A stretch of DNA of 63,285 nt, the filler included, from Streblomastix strix (taxonomy: Eukaryota): NCBI GenBank assembly GCA_008636045.1. It is 4 parts of 4 records of this genome, joined end to end, with 100 filler letters (N's around TTAATTAATTAA, not from the genome) between each part and the next. Parts side by side here need not be neighbours in the genome. Positions count along the whole stretch, not along the records: positions 15,852 to 31,597 come from SNRW01000941.1; positions 31,698 to 47,442 come from SNRW01000942.1; 2 more parts are not named here. One strand, 5' to 3'. The position numbers and the translations under genes were made by a program. Of the stretch, positions 30,637-45,000 are shown in pieces. The notes beneath the pieces were generated by a model. It ran no database searches, was not told the origin of the DNA, and saw only the letters and a list, made by a program, of their open reading frames with translations. Each line of letters opens with the position of its first letter. Within the stretch, counting starts at the first letter, position 1.

Positions 30637-31315
30637 TAAAGGATAATTTTTAATTACCAAATTTGCTTTTATTATTTTTTATAGATTTTTTATTTTGCTT
30701 TTTTCAGTTGATCATCATTCTACAAATTGAATATAAAATCATAATAATAGAATGATTATTAATATGAATATATTAAAAAAATTAAAAATTAAACAAGAAA
30801 AGATAAAACATAAAATATTTAATTTTTTAATCTAAACATAAATTTTCTAGTTTAACTTTAATATTGTTTTAAATAATAAAATATTATAAAGAATTAATAA
30901 TAAATTATCTTTTTAGATGAGTCAGGGAGAAGACTGAATCTTCCCAGATTAGTTTAGCTGACTGAGTTATAAATGATATTTTAAAATTTTAATATGAAAA
31001 AAATTATGATTTACTATAGAAATTTAACAAAATTTAAAGATTCTAGGATTAATTTTAATTTTTATTAAAAATTTTTTATTCTCTACAAAATAGTTTCTAT
31101 TAATATATTTTTTATAAATATAATATTTTTAAATGGAAAAATAAATTACTTTCTTTTAATTATATATTTATTCCATGCAATCTTTAAACTCATCTGAAAA
31201 AAACATGTTTAAATTTTTTCATATTTAATTCCACAATTTCTTATTACATTCGAATCAATTCATATTAATTTTATCTATTATTTGCAGAACTAATTTTAGG
31301 AATACATTTATAATA

Positions 31316-31597
31316 ATGAAATTGAAAAGATTTGGACTGTTGATGCTTGAAGACGGGGACTACTATTTCCAAGATGTTGCATGCGCATACTTCGATCCTG
31401 TTGATAAACAGTTTGTTATTTTCTTTCATTAAAAATTAAATATATATTTATATTGAAATTAATTACAAATAGAAAATATAGTGGTCGTTTGAAGATCTGC
31501 GCACGATGTCTTGTTTTCGAACCGAGTATTGAATTCATTAACATCCCTGTTTTGAAATTCCATTTTAAAGTTTAAAATTTTTATTAAATTTTTATTC
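31316..31597 (+). CDS. NSMAF: 5' end of a protein FAN (neutral sphingomyelinase activation-associated factor) homologue, cut by the contig end
   Basis: MKLKRFGLLMLEDGDYYFQD..., an intron, then KYSGRLKICARCLVFEPS..IPVLKF. This matches the recalled FAN N-terminus (RFSLLLL..EEYYF...GSLKICSKSVIFEP...PIIK). BEACH/WD40 parts are not in the window. Confidence 0.7.
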
Positions 31598-31697
31598 NNN
31601 NNNNNNNNNNNNNNNNNNNNNNNNNNNNNNNNNNNNNNNNNTTAATTAATTAANNNNNNNNNNNNNNNNNNNNNNNNNNNNNNNNNNNNNNNNNNNN
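31598..31697. other. Artificial contig-joining linker
   Basis: 44 N + TTAATTAATTAA + 44 N. Confidence 0.97.
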
Positions 31698-32284
31698 GTA
31701 AAGAGTTTGGCTTGCACATTAAACTAAGACTGATTGAGTAGTAATAATTTGATCTGGTCCACCTATATTAGTAAATTGGAATTTAATGTTGTTTAAAGTA
31801 ATGTTTCCTTATTGTATGTTTAAAGTCATACTACAAATTTAATTAACATTCCAAATTGTTTGGATTGCATTATTCCCCTGTATTTCAATAATAATAATAT
31901 AATAGAAAATTTTAATTATTAAAAGTAAATTCATACTGAAATTTAAATGGATGAATTATGATTTATTAATAAGAACTCGGAGTGAATAGAATCAAGTAGA
32001 ATAATTTAATAGCCTTATATTTCCGAGCATGTTTGATTAAGTGCATCTTTAATGGATTTATAATCTCCAGAATCAAATTAACTTATTGTAGATTTACAAA
32101 CATCATTGGAAGATATATAAAAAGAAAAATTCTGATTTGATTAGAATTTATTAGATATTTTGGTATGTTAGATTTCTTCTTTTTGTTTATTTTGAAGAGA
32201 AGATTCAAGAGAAATTTAATTCACAGATGAATGGCCTTCAACAAATATAAATGTTATTATTACTAACAGGATGGTAAGAATCAT
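31698..32284 (-). CDS. Mirror copy of the secreted/surface protein 5' end
   Basis: Reverse complement of 46856-47442. Confidence 0.6.
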
Positions 32285-35200
32285 CTGTTGGAGAGAAAAA
32301 AAAATATTAATAGAATTAATTATCAAGTAAAGTATAATTTGTTAAAATTTTAATTAGAAATTATAAAATTATTATTAAAATGTAGGAAAACAATTAATTG
32401 AACAAAACATATATTTAGAATATTAATAAAAATAAAAAAAAATGTGAAAATTTGAAAAATATATCTATTTTGATGTTCCATTCTAAAAAATTTATTTTGA
32501 AATAAAGTAAATGAATATATAATTAAGTAATACGTAGGAATTTAAAATTTTGATATAAAACTTATTTATAGGTCTGTTTGTAGAATTAATTTACTGTCAA
32601 TAATGAGAAATTTCATATTGTGAATAATTATAAATAATATTATACATACAACTTAGGGAATGCAATCATTTTAAAGAATTTTAATGAGCAACTACCTTGT
32701 TTAAGTGCTGTTTCTTATCGGGCAGTTTCAAAAAATCCATATCAAATTTTCTACCGAAGACTCATTTAAAATCTTCAAATTGTTTTAGTAATATTCAATA
32801 ATTTATAATAAATAATAGGCGTGTCAAAATTGACATGAAAAGGCGACTTTTTTTTCCCAATTGAAAAATGAAAACATAAATTTCTAAAATAAATTCGTTA
32901 TAGCAATTTAAATGTAAATTAAAATCTAAATCACAGCATTTCTATGCATATATACTGTTGATTCATGCTACTTAATATGACGACTAAACACTTAAATGGT
33001 ACTAGACCTTATGATCCTCCACTTAATGACTGTTGGTTAATTGTAAAATATTTTGATGCATGATATTTTCTTGTTTGCATCACCAATAGCATACAATAGT
33101 CTCCAAAACTCGGGCTCAAGTAGTCTGATCACCGAATCTCTCCAATTTCTCCAACTTGAGACCACTTCAAATCCTAAAAATACTAAATAGCTCATAAATA
33201 CAAATAAAGATAAAAAATTAATTATTCAATATAAAATGCAATAGAAAATTATTTAATTCTGCTCAAAATTCGATTTTTTTGTAAAAAAAATTTATTCTAA
33301 ATTTATATATTATGTGTTAAGAATGTAATTTATGATTAGTTGAATTTTGAGAATTAATGTTATTTATATTTTAATAATTGAATAAATTTAAAAATTTTAA
33401 TCTCAGAATGGGGAAAATGATTGAGCGATATTGTTAGCTAGTTTTCTCGCTCAAATGAAAATTAAATTTTTTTAAATTTTATAGATACTTGATAAATTAA
33501 AATAAAATAAACTGATTCAATATGAAAAATATATCTATTTTGACTCTGCTGTTGCTGAAAGTGGCTAATTATAAAACGAAGAGTTCAAATACTTCATAAA
33601 AGCCAATAATTTCGTTCAAAATTTGATTACTGTATAGAAAATAAAAGAATAATCATTAGTTTAAAAAAATTTTTAAGAATTATTCAATGTTTACGTTGAA
33701 ATAGGACATGAATCTGGCTATTGGTAGGGGGAGACGAGAAACGCAGAGACGCGGCGGCTGTTTGTATTTTCCCCATAGCGGCTTACATTTTGAAATAATT
33801 TTAGTTAACTACTCAAGTAGAAAGATTTAATTTAAATAATATTTATAATAAATATAGATAATTTTAAATATATTATTTATTTATATGACAATTAGAAATA
33901 AACCATTTTCAAAAAGATAAAAAATATTTACCATAAAATTCAAATACGAATATAATTTATATTTTTCATATCAATCAACTGTCATTAATCAAAATTAACG
34001 CTTATTTTATTTATATTTATGTTAAACTAATTGTTCTTAATGAAATATATTAATGTAAAAATTTTAAATAGAGTTATTGTGATTGTCTCTCGATAAGTCC
34101 TTTGTCTGTCTTGACACAAGATTTTTATCAGCCTTGACATACCTAATAAATAATAAAATAATTTGAATAATTATTATATGCTATTATTAAAAATAAAATG
34201 TAAAGATACTGATTATTAAATATGAATGAAATTTATTTTATTGGTTTTATTTAGAAAGAGCTAAGATTAGAATTAAATTAATTAAACATGATGGATTATG
34301 TTTCATCTATTTAAAATTTAACTGATTCAGTCATTAATCGTAATTTTCAACACAATTTTCTCTCCTCGTGGTTTTATAAGTTTCATTGACCATCTTTTCC
34401 ACACATTTAGCCATTCTCATTACATCGAGAAAAAGCCGTGTTTCGCAGTTGGTGCAGGAATCTTCGCGAAGTCGACGATCTTGAATGGTGAATTTTTGCA
34501 ATCATATATTAATTTACAATTTCTATATTTTTATATCATGAATTAAATATTTTCATCACTTTTAAACCAAACCACTAATGCAAGAATTTCATTAAAATCG
34601 ACTTTTAAATTGTTCTCAAGTATGTCGTCGTGTCTTCTATGCTTCATCCGGCAACTAAAATAAAATGAATTATAATTATATTTCATTACCTTGTTTCATA
34701 ATTAACTATATTCCACTGTTTATCGTCTTTCGGTGATTAATCTCGCCCAACACTTATACTATCATTTGCATTCCCAATAACTGCTTATAAAATACAATAT
34801 ATTAATATATATTTTGTTAAAATAATAAAAGATATATATGCAACAGATATTTATTAATAATAAATAAATTAATATTAAATATAGAACCGTATAACTGTAA
34901 GGTGTTGAGCATAGCAAATCTCCAAATTCCTATATTAAGAATTGTGTCAAATAATATATAATTTACTAAATGCTATTCTTAATAACATATATAAATTAGG
35001 ATGTGTTAACTTTTTAATCAGCATTTGTTACCACTTACATTTTTCATAATGCAATCAATATCTGTAAACTCAATTTTTTTCAAATTTAAATTGAATATTT
35101 ATTAAAAAATATTCAACAAAATTTATTTAAATTGATTTATATTATTCAATTTATTTAATATTTATTTACTTACACTAAAATTAAAAAAAAAGCACTTTTA

Positions 35201-35940
35201 AATCAGAAAGTGAATTTATAAGAAGTAATATGAATAGTGAGCATTGTTCTTTTTAGTAAACAACCTATCACGTGAGAGTTGACTGCAGTAACATCACGGT
35301 GATAATAATCAGCACATTTACAAAACAATTTTTATTTATCTTGAAATTACAAGTTTATCGGCGTTAAATAAACATGACGATTTGATGATACTGGTCTCAA
35401 ATTGCTTGTACAAGCTCTAATATAATACATTCATATAATATATGATTTATAAAAATATTGTTGCAAGATAAGTTATGATCTAGATTTTGAGAAAACTAAC
35501 AAACAAAAGTAAAATAGAAGAATTAAAGTATTTTACAAGCAAATAGAATATGTATACCTGAATATAAACAATGAATTTCCCATATTTTTATATAAATTCA
35601 GATATATTTGCTTAAAAAATTCAATTTTGTTTGCAAGTGATCTCCTGACGTAGCATAATCATTAAATTTAATATGAATAGATAAATATTAAATAATTTTA
35701 ATTAAAAAATATAAATACATTAATATTGTTCAACTAAGAAACAACAGAAGGCGCGATAGCTTTGATCTAATACCTGAAACAGTTTTGCGGAAAAATTTTT
35801 CTCCATATATATACAATTCAAAAATATGTTTGGATATTGGAAGTATGATTTATAATTGCATTTAAGTATTTTTTTAAGCCAAATTTATCGTTTTCAAAAA
35901 TTTTAGCCAAATAGTTATTGATCATGTTGTATGTTTACAA

Positions 35941-36956
35941 TTAGAGTTAAGTTTGTTCTAAATAAAACAATTAAGTCATTGGCAATATGATCTGGTTTAT
36001 TTTTCTTGCCCCAAAATTTTCATTATTAAAATAGAAATTACAAATGAATTAATTAAAATTAATTCACAATTACCATAAGAAATGACTGGTAATAAATTAA
36101 AATGTTAATAATACATGAAAAAATTATTAACTATAAAATATAACTGTAAAATTAAAACAAAAGACTTCGAGATATAAAAGAACATAATGTTTATAAAATT
36201 AAGACCTATGATTTTTTCTAAAAAAAATAGCAAAAATTAAAAAATAATTAAATTAATACTGTACAATAAAAAATAAAATAAATAAACAATGAATATAATT
36301 CCTTAATAATCGGTAAGGGGGAAAAGTATATAATATTGAGATTAAGGATTGTGAACAACAATCTAAATAATAATTGAAATTTACAAAAATTTTAAAAATT
36401 GGTTATATGTTTAAAATCTAGATCATAACTTATATTGCAACAATATTTTTATAAATCATATATTATATGAATGTATTATATTAGAGTTAAGTTTGTTCTC
36501 AATAAAACAATTAAGTCATTGGCAATATGATCTGGTTTATTTTTCTTGCCCCAAAATTTTCATTATTAAAATAGAAATTACAAATGAATTAATTAAAATT
36601 AATTCACAATTACCATAAGAAATGACTGGTAATAAATTAAAATGTTAATAATACATGAAAAAATTATTAACTATAAAATATAACTGTAAAATTAAAACAA
36701 AAGACTTCGAGATATAAAAGAACATAATGTTTTTAAAATTAAGACCTATGATTTTTTCTAAAAAAAATAGCAAAAATTAAAAAATAATTAAATTAATACT
36801 GTACAATAATAAATAAAATAAATAAACAATGAATTTAATTCCTTAATAATTGGTAAGGGGGAAAAGTATATAATATTGAGATTAAGGATTGTGAACAACA
36901 AGCTAAATAAGAATTGAAATTTACAAAAATTTTAAAAATTGGTTATATGTTTAAAA
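35941..36956. repeat. Tandem duplication of about 476 bp (period 540) separated by a short inverted insert
   Basis: 35941-36416 versus 36481-36956 with about 7 substitutions. The intervening sequence is the reverse complement of about 35416-35488. Mirrored at 42184-43199. Confidence 0.9.
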
Positions 36957-37056
36957 TAAAAAATTAATATTGCAAGATTAAAGTAAATAAAATTGAAAAA
37001 TAATAATATTAACAATTGACAATTACAATAATAAAATGATATTCTTTAAATTAAAT

Positions 37057-39337
37057 TCAAAGAATGCAACATCCACATTTATTATTATTATCAATATCCA
37101 ATGAATTTGGATTTTCAACCATATTAATTTATTATTGACTTTTTGATACATTTACTTAATCTGTTTGATCATTCAACTATTCTTGTGCTATTTAGCTCTT
37201 ATCATCAATGTCTTTACAATTTATATCAATTGATTATTATTATGTTGATTATTAATCTTAAATATCATCACCTAAGCTCCAAGCATTTTGTTATTATTAA
37301 TTCGACTATGAATTTTATTTTTTTGATTTATATTCATTATATGTTTTATTATTTGCAATAATTTATGAATATATATGTGAATTTGCCAATGGTAATTATG
37401 TATTAGGTTTATCATGAATATATGAAGTCATTAAAAATGAAGAAGCATCATCAATCATTACTGAACATTATTATGATGGAATTGTTCCTTATTTATTAAT
37501 TTATGTTGATTGCTATTGAGTAATATTACGAAGAGATTGATTTTGATCAGATTATATAGTTTATGAATTAATGTTAGGTTGTAATGTTGATTAGTTTTAT
37601 TATGTATTGCATTGTGAATTCTTTATAATTAGTGCTTCATCATCTTATATAGCATATTTCTATTATGATTGTTAGTTGCAAATTTATGTATTTTAATTAT
37701 ATTCTTTATAATTGATTTAATTTGGATGTTATTCTGGAAATAACTTTCTTTGTTATTCATCTGATAAATTGAATTAATCATCAGAATTATCTATGCCTAA
37801 TTAATAAATTTGGAATTGTTCTGGAATTGGAATATTTATCATCAATTAAATTTACTTCTTTCTTTTTTTAATGGATTTATTTTAAAATTAGTTTTTTACA
37901 GTCGAAATTTATTTTTCTTAATTATTATTATAATTATTATTTTCTTTATTTAATTATTCCTTTAATTGTTCTGATTTAATATGAATTTCTGAATGTGAAT
38001 CAATCGCTATATTATTAATATTATTTGATTGTTTGTTACCATCATCTAAATGTGGAGAAAAAATTATATGCTGATTATCAATGGATCTCTTTTCATCTTA
38101 TTTAATACAAACAATCTCTGGAGAAGAATTAATAAATTATTTATCTGAAGTGGAGATCAAATTTGATTAGTTGATATTCAATAAATTGGAATTGGGAGAG
38201 ATCTCAAATATTTGAGATGCTGAATGTATTTAAGTTCGAAGAGGGCTTAAATATTAAAATGAGCCTGATAATGGATATGCCAATGTAATATAAGAATATG
38301 GACTTATTTATTAATCAATTTTAATGTTTTCATCTTTAATTCTTGTTTATAGTGAAGATTAAGGTGATAAATGTTGACTATTGTGCTAATTGGTTGAATT
38401 TCCTTGTTAAACCGTTTAATGATGGAAATTTGTAGATTAATTAATATTATTGATATCATCTTATTCATCAGTATTAATAAAATTAAATTGAAGTTTCAAA
38501 TTTGAATCTGATTAATTCTTCTTTAAGTTATTCTTTGAATTTTATTTATTATTCTTATTAAATAATTAATTCGTAGTTTTATGCAATTAAAGATTTTCGA
38601 AGTATTGATTACTTAAGCTTTTATGAAAGAAGTCTTTTTTATTATTATTATTTTATTAATTATTCTTCATATTTAAATCTTAATTATTTGAATATTATGA
38701 ATATTTATGCATCATATCAATTGATGGTGTTATTTATTGAGTATATTCTGAAAACTATTAATTGCGAGTCGAATTTGTAATATCGCTCATTATTGATGGA
38801 AAAGAAAATTCACTTCTACGATTATTTTCATCAGATATAAATAAATTGGATGAAGATTTTTGAAAATTTCTATTTCCTAAAGATATTGCCATTTATTCTT
38901 AAAATTTTCGTTATGGATTTTCTTGATTCAATATTTAATATTATTATTATTATAATTGATATAATTAATCTGCATTTTCAGATAAAATAAATGTTATTTC
39001 ATTATAAATAGTATCATTATCAATTTCAAATGGAGGAATTTAACCAATTGTAACTCTTCTTTAAAATGATTATTTATTGTAATGATTTAAATCAATTGGG
39101 AATTTATATTGATTATCATTTATAAGATTTTTCTATTAATTAATTAATTATTATTAACAATGTTATTCATCTTTATCTTATTAATCTTAATTTGCGTTTG
39201 TATTTAATTCATGATTCGATATTTTATGATTATCAACAAATAATGCTTCGTTTCTGCATAAAATATTCATTTCAGGAAGAATTTATTATTATTATTATTA
39301 TTAATTTTGTTATTTTTAATAAAATTATTATTCTTTT
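37057..39337 (-). CDS. Mirror copy of the Q/N-rich CaaX protein 3' part
   Basis: Reverse complement of 39803-42083. Confidence 0.6.
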
Positions 39338-39413
39338 TTATTATTATTATTTTATTAATTATTCTTCATATTTAAATCTTAATTATTTGAATATTATGAA
39401 TATTTATGCATCA

Positions 39414-42083
39414 TTTTAATATGAATATTAATTTAATACCATTTCGTTGATTAAAATGATTACCCAAATGAATTAATCACAACGACAGTAAAATATTTCT
39501 TCTCCTTATATCTAATAATTAACAAAAACTTCAAATACAACAGTTGATACAAAATAAATCTAATCTTCTTCTTCCTAACAAATAGCACAACAATTATCTA
39601 ATTAATCTGATTCTTTTTTTACATATCAATTAAATTAAGATAATGATAATCAAATGGATTTATTTTCTCCTTCACAATAATTTAACCAACTTAATTTATA
39701 AACTTAATAAACAAATTATGATAATCCAGTTATATATAATTCAAAATCGAGTTTAAACAAATAAAATCAAATAAAAGAATAAAAATATATTGAAGAATAA
39801 ACAAAAGAATAATAATTTTATTAAAAATAACAAAATTAATAATAATAATAATAATAAATTCTTCCTGAAATGAATATTTTATGCAGAAACGAAGCATTAT
39901 TTGTTGATAATCATAAAATATCGAATCATGAATTAAATACAAACGCAAATTAAGATTAATAAGATAAAGATGAATAACATTGTTAATAATAATTAATTAA
40001 TTAATAGAAAAATCTTATAAATGATAATCAATATAAATTCCCAATTGATTTAAATCATTACAATAAATAATCATTTTAAAGAAGAGTTACAATTGGTTAA
40101 ATTCCTCCATTTGAAATTGATAATGATACTATTTATAATGAAATAACATTTATTTTATCTGAAAATGCAGATTAATTATATCAATTATAATAATAATAAT
40201 ATTAAATATTGAATCAAGAAAATCCATAACGAAAATTTTAAGAATAAATGGCAATATCTTTAGGAAATAGAAATTTTCAAAAATCTTCATCCAATTTATT
40301 TATATCTGATGAAAATAATCGTAGAAGTGAATTTTCTTTTCCATCAATAATGAGCGATATTACAAATTCGACTCGCAATTAATAGTTTTCAGAATATACT
40401 CAATAAATAACACCATCAATTGATATGATGCATAAATATTCATAATATTCAAATAATTAAGATTTAAATATGAAGAATAATTAATAAAATAATAATAATA
40501 AAAAAGACTTCTTTCATAAAAGCTTAAGTAATCAATACTTCGAAAATCTTTAATTGCATAAAACTACGAATTAATTATTTAATAAGAATAATAAATAAAA
40601 TTCAAAGAATAACTTAAAGAAGAATTAATCAGATTCAAATTTGAAACTTCAATTTAATTTTATTAATACTGATGAATAAGATGATATCAATAATATTAAT
40701 TAATCTACAAATTTCCATCATTAAACGGTTTAACAAGGAAATTCAACCAATTAGCACAATAGTCAACATTTATCACCTTAATCTTCACTATAAACAAGAA
40801 TTAAAGATGAAAACATTAAAATTGATTAATAAATAAGTCCATATTCTTATATTACATTGGCATATCCATTATCAGGCTCATTTTAATATTTAAGCCCTCT
40901 TCGAACTTAAATACATTCAGCATCTCAAATATTTGAGATCTCTCCCAATTCCAATTTATTGAATATCAACTAATCAAATTTGATCTCCACTTCAGATAAA
41001 TAATTTATTAATTCTTCTCCAGAGATTGTTTGTATTAAATAAGATGAAAAGAGATCCATTGATAATCAGCATATAATTTTTTCTCCACATTTAGATGATG
41101 GTAACAAACAATCAAATAATATTAATAATATAGCGATTGATTCACATTCAGAAATTCATATTAAATCAGAACAATTAAAGGAATAATTAAATAAAGAAAA
41201 TAATAATTATAATAATAATTAAGAAAAATAAATTTCGACTGTAAAAAACTAATTTTAAAATAAATCCATTAAAAAAAGAAAGAAGTAAATTTAATTGATG
41301 ATAAATATTCCAATTCCAGAACAATTCCAAATTTATTAATTAGGCATAGATAATTCTGATGATTAATTCAATTTATCAGATGAATAACAAAGAAAGTTAT
41401 TTCCAGAATAACATCCAAATTAAATCAATTATAAAGAATATAATTAAAATACATAAATTTGCAACTAACAATCATAATAGAAATATGCTATATAAGATGA
41501 TGAAGCACTAATTATAAAGAATTCACAATGCAATACATAATAAAACTAATCAACATTACAACCTAACATTAATTCATAAACTATATAATCTGATCAAAAT
41601 CAATCTCTTCGTAATATTACTCAATAGCAATCAACATAAATTAATAAATAAGGAACAATTCCATCATAATAATGTTCAGTAATGATTGATGATGCTTCTT
41701 CATTTTTAATGACTTCATATATTCATGATAAACCTAATACATAATTACCATTGGCAAATTCACATATATATTCATAAATTATTGCAAATAATAAAACATA
41801 TAATGAATATAAATCAAAAAAATAAAATTCATAGTCGAATTAATAATAACAAAATGCTTGGAGCTTAGGTGATGATATTTAAGATTAATAATCAACATAA
41901 TAATAATCAATTGATATAAATTGTAAAGACATTGATGATAAGAGCTAAATAGCACAAGAATAGTTGAATGATCAAACAGATTAAGTAAATGTATCAAAAA
42001 GTCAATAATAAATTAATATGGTTGAAAATCCAAATTCATTGGATATTGATAATAATAATAAATGTGGATGTTGCATTCTTTGA
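39414..42083 (+). CDS. 3' part (about 890 codons) of a Gln/Asn-rich protein ending in a CaaX prenylation motif, 5'-partial
   Basis: Frame reads open with TAA/TAG=Gln from the palindrome spacer through the right arm where sampled; ends DIDNNNKCGCCIL-TGA at 42081-42083. Confidence 0.7.
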
Positions 42084-45000
42084 ATTTAATTTAAAGAATA
42101 TCATTTTATTATTGTAATTGTCAATTGTTAATATTATTATTTTTCAATTTTATTTACTTTAATCTTGCAATATTAATTTTTTATTTTAAACATATAACCA
42201 ATTTTTAAAATTTTTGTAAATTTCAATTCTTATTTAGCTTGTTGTTCACAATCCTTAATCTCAATATTATATACTTTTCCCCCTTACCAATTATTAAGGA
42301 ATTAAATTCATTGTTTATTTATTTTATTTATTATTGTACAGTATTAATTTAATTATTTTTTAATTTTTGCTATTTTTTTTAGAAAAAATCATAGGTCTTA
42401 ATTTTAAAAACATTATGTTCTTTTATATCTCGAAGTCTTTTGTTTTAATTTTACAGTTATATTTTATAGTTAATAATTTTTTCATGTATTATTAACATTT
42501 TAATTTATTACCAGTCATTTCTTATGGTAATTGTGAATTAATTTTAATTAATTCATTTGTAATTTCTATTTTAATAATGAAAATTTTGGGGCAAGAAAAA
42601 TAAACCAGATCATATTGCCAATGACTTAATTGTTTTATTGAGAACAAACTTAACTCTAATATAATACATTCATATAATATATGATTTATAAAAATATTGT
42701 TGCAATATAAGTTATGATCTAGATTTTAAACATATAACCAATTTTTAAAATTTTTGTAAATTTCAATTATTATTTAGATTGTTGTTCACAATCCTTAATC
42801 TCAATATTATATACTTTTCCCCCTTACCGATTATTAAGGAATTATATTCATTGTTTATTTATTTTATTTTTTATTGTACAGTATTAATTTAATTATTTTT
42901 TAATTTTTGCTATTTTTTTTAGAAAAAATCATAGGTCTTAATTTTATAAACATTATGTTCTTTTATATCTCGAAGTCTTTTGTTTTAATTTTACAGTTAT
43001 ATTTTATAGTTAATAATTTTTTCATGTATTATTAACATTTTAATTTATTACCAGTCATTTCTTATGGTAATTGTGAATTAATTTTAATTAATTCATTTGT
43101 AATTTCTATTTTAATAATGAAAATTTTGGGGCAAGAAAAATAAACCAGATCATATTGCCAATGACTTAATTGTTTTATTTAGAACAAACTTAACTCTAAT
43201 TGTAAACATACAACATGATCAATAACTATTTGGCTAAAATTTTTGAAAACGATAAATTTGGCTTAAAAAAATACTTAAATGCAATTATAAATCATACTTC
43301 CAATATCCAAACATATTTTTGAATTGTATATATATGGAGAAAAATTTTTCCGCAAAACTGTTTCAGGTATTAGATCAAAGCTATCGCGCCTTCTGTTGTT
43401 TCTTAGTTGAACAATATTAATGTATTTATATTTTTTAATTAAAATTATTTAATATTTATCTATTCATATTAAATTTAATGATTATGCTACGTCAGGAGAT
43501 CACTTGCAAACAAAATTGAATTTTTTAAGCAAATATATCTGAATTTATATAAAAATATGGGAAATTCATTGTTTATATTCAGGTATACATATTCTATTTG
43601 CTTGTAAAATACTTTAATTCTTCTATTTTACTTTTGTTTGTTAGTTTTCTCAAAATCTAGATCATAACTTATCTTGCAACAATATTTTTATAAATCATAT
43701 ATTATATGAATGTATTATATTAGAGCTTGTACAAGCAATTTGAGACCAGTATCATCAAATCGTCATGTTTATTTAACGCCGATAAACTTGTAATTTCAAG
43801 ATAAATAAAAATTGTTTTGTAAATGTGCTGATTATTATCACCGTGATGTTACTGCAGTCAACTCTCACGTGATAGGTTGTTTACTAAAAAGAACAATGCT
43901 CACTATTCATATTACTTCTTATAAATTCACTTTCTGATTTAAAAGTGCTTTTTTTTTAATTTTAGTGTAAGTAAATAAATATTAAATAAATTGAATAATA
44001 TAAATCAATTTAAATAAATTTTGTTGAATATTTTTTAATAAATATTCAATTTAAATTTGAAAAAAATTGAGTTTACAGATATTGATTGCATTATGAAAAA
44101 TGTAAGTGGTAACAAATGCTGATTAAAAAGTTAACACATCCTAATTTATATATGTTATTAAGAATAGCATTTAGTAAATTATATATTATTTGACACAATT
44201 CTTAATATAGGAATTTGGAGATTTGCTATGCTCAACACCTTACAGTTATACGGTTCTATATTTAATATTAATTTATTTATTATTAATAAATATCTGTTGC
44301 ATATATATCTTTTATTATTTTAACAAAATATATATTAATATATTGTATTTTATAAGCAGTTATTGGGAATGCAAATGATAGTATAAGTGTTGGGCGAGAT
44401 TAATCACCGAAAGACGATAAACAGTGGAATATAGTTAATTATGAAACAAGGTAATGAAATATAATTATAATTCATTTTATTTTAGTTGCCGGATGAAGCA
44501 TAGAAGACACGACGACATACTTGAGAACAATTTAAAAGTCGATTTTAATGAAATTCTTGCATTAGTGGTTTGGTTTAAAAGTGATGAAAATATTTAATTC
44601 ATGATATAAAAATATAGAAATTGTAAATTAATATATGATTGCAAAAATTCACCATTCAAGATCGTCGACTTCGCGAAGATTCCTGCACCAACTGCGAAAC
44701 ACGGCTTTTTCTCGATGTAATGAGAATGGCTAAATGTGTGGAAAAGATGGTCAATGAAACTTATAAAACCACGAGGAGAGAAAATTGTGTTGAAAATTAC
44801 GATTAATGACTGAATCAGTTAAATTTTAAATAGATGAAACATAATCCATCATGTTTAATTAATTTAATTCTAATCTTAGCTCTTTCTAAATAAAACCAAT
44901 AAAATAAATTTCATTCATATTTAATAATCAGTATCTTTACATTTTATTTTTAATAATAGCATATAATAATTATTCAAATTATTTTATTATTTATTAGGTA

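Larger units (their letters stand above)
31698..39337. repeat. Left arm (7,640 bp) of a contig-wide inverted repeat
   Basis: Position x pairs with 79140-x: contig ends gtaaagagtttggc / gccaaactctttac; identical ORFs at 37143-37361(+) and 41779-41997(-). Confidence 0.97.

Noticed and set aside
35261..35281. Imperfect palindrome centred on CACGTG (E-box-like)
   Set aside because: Single short instance with no linked gene; chance cannot be excluded.
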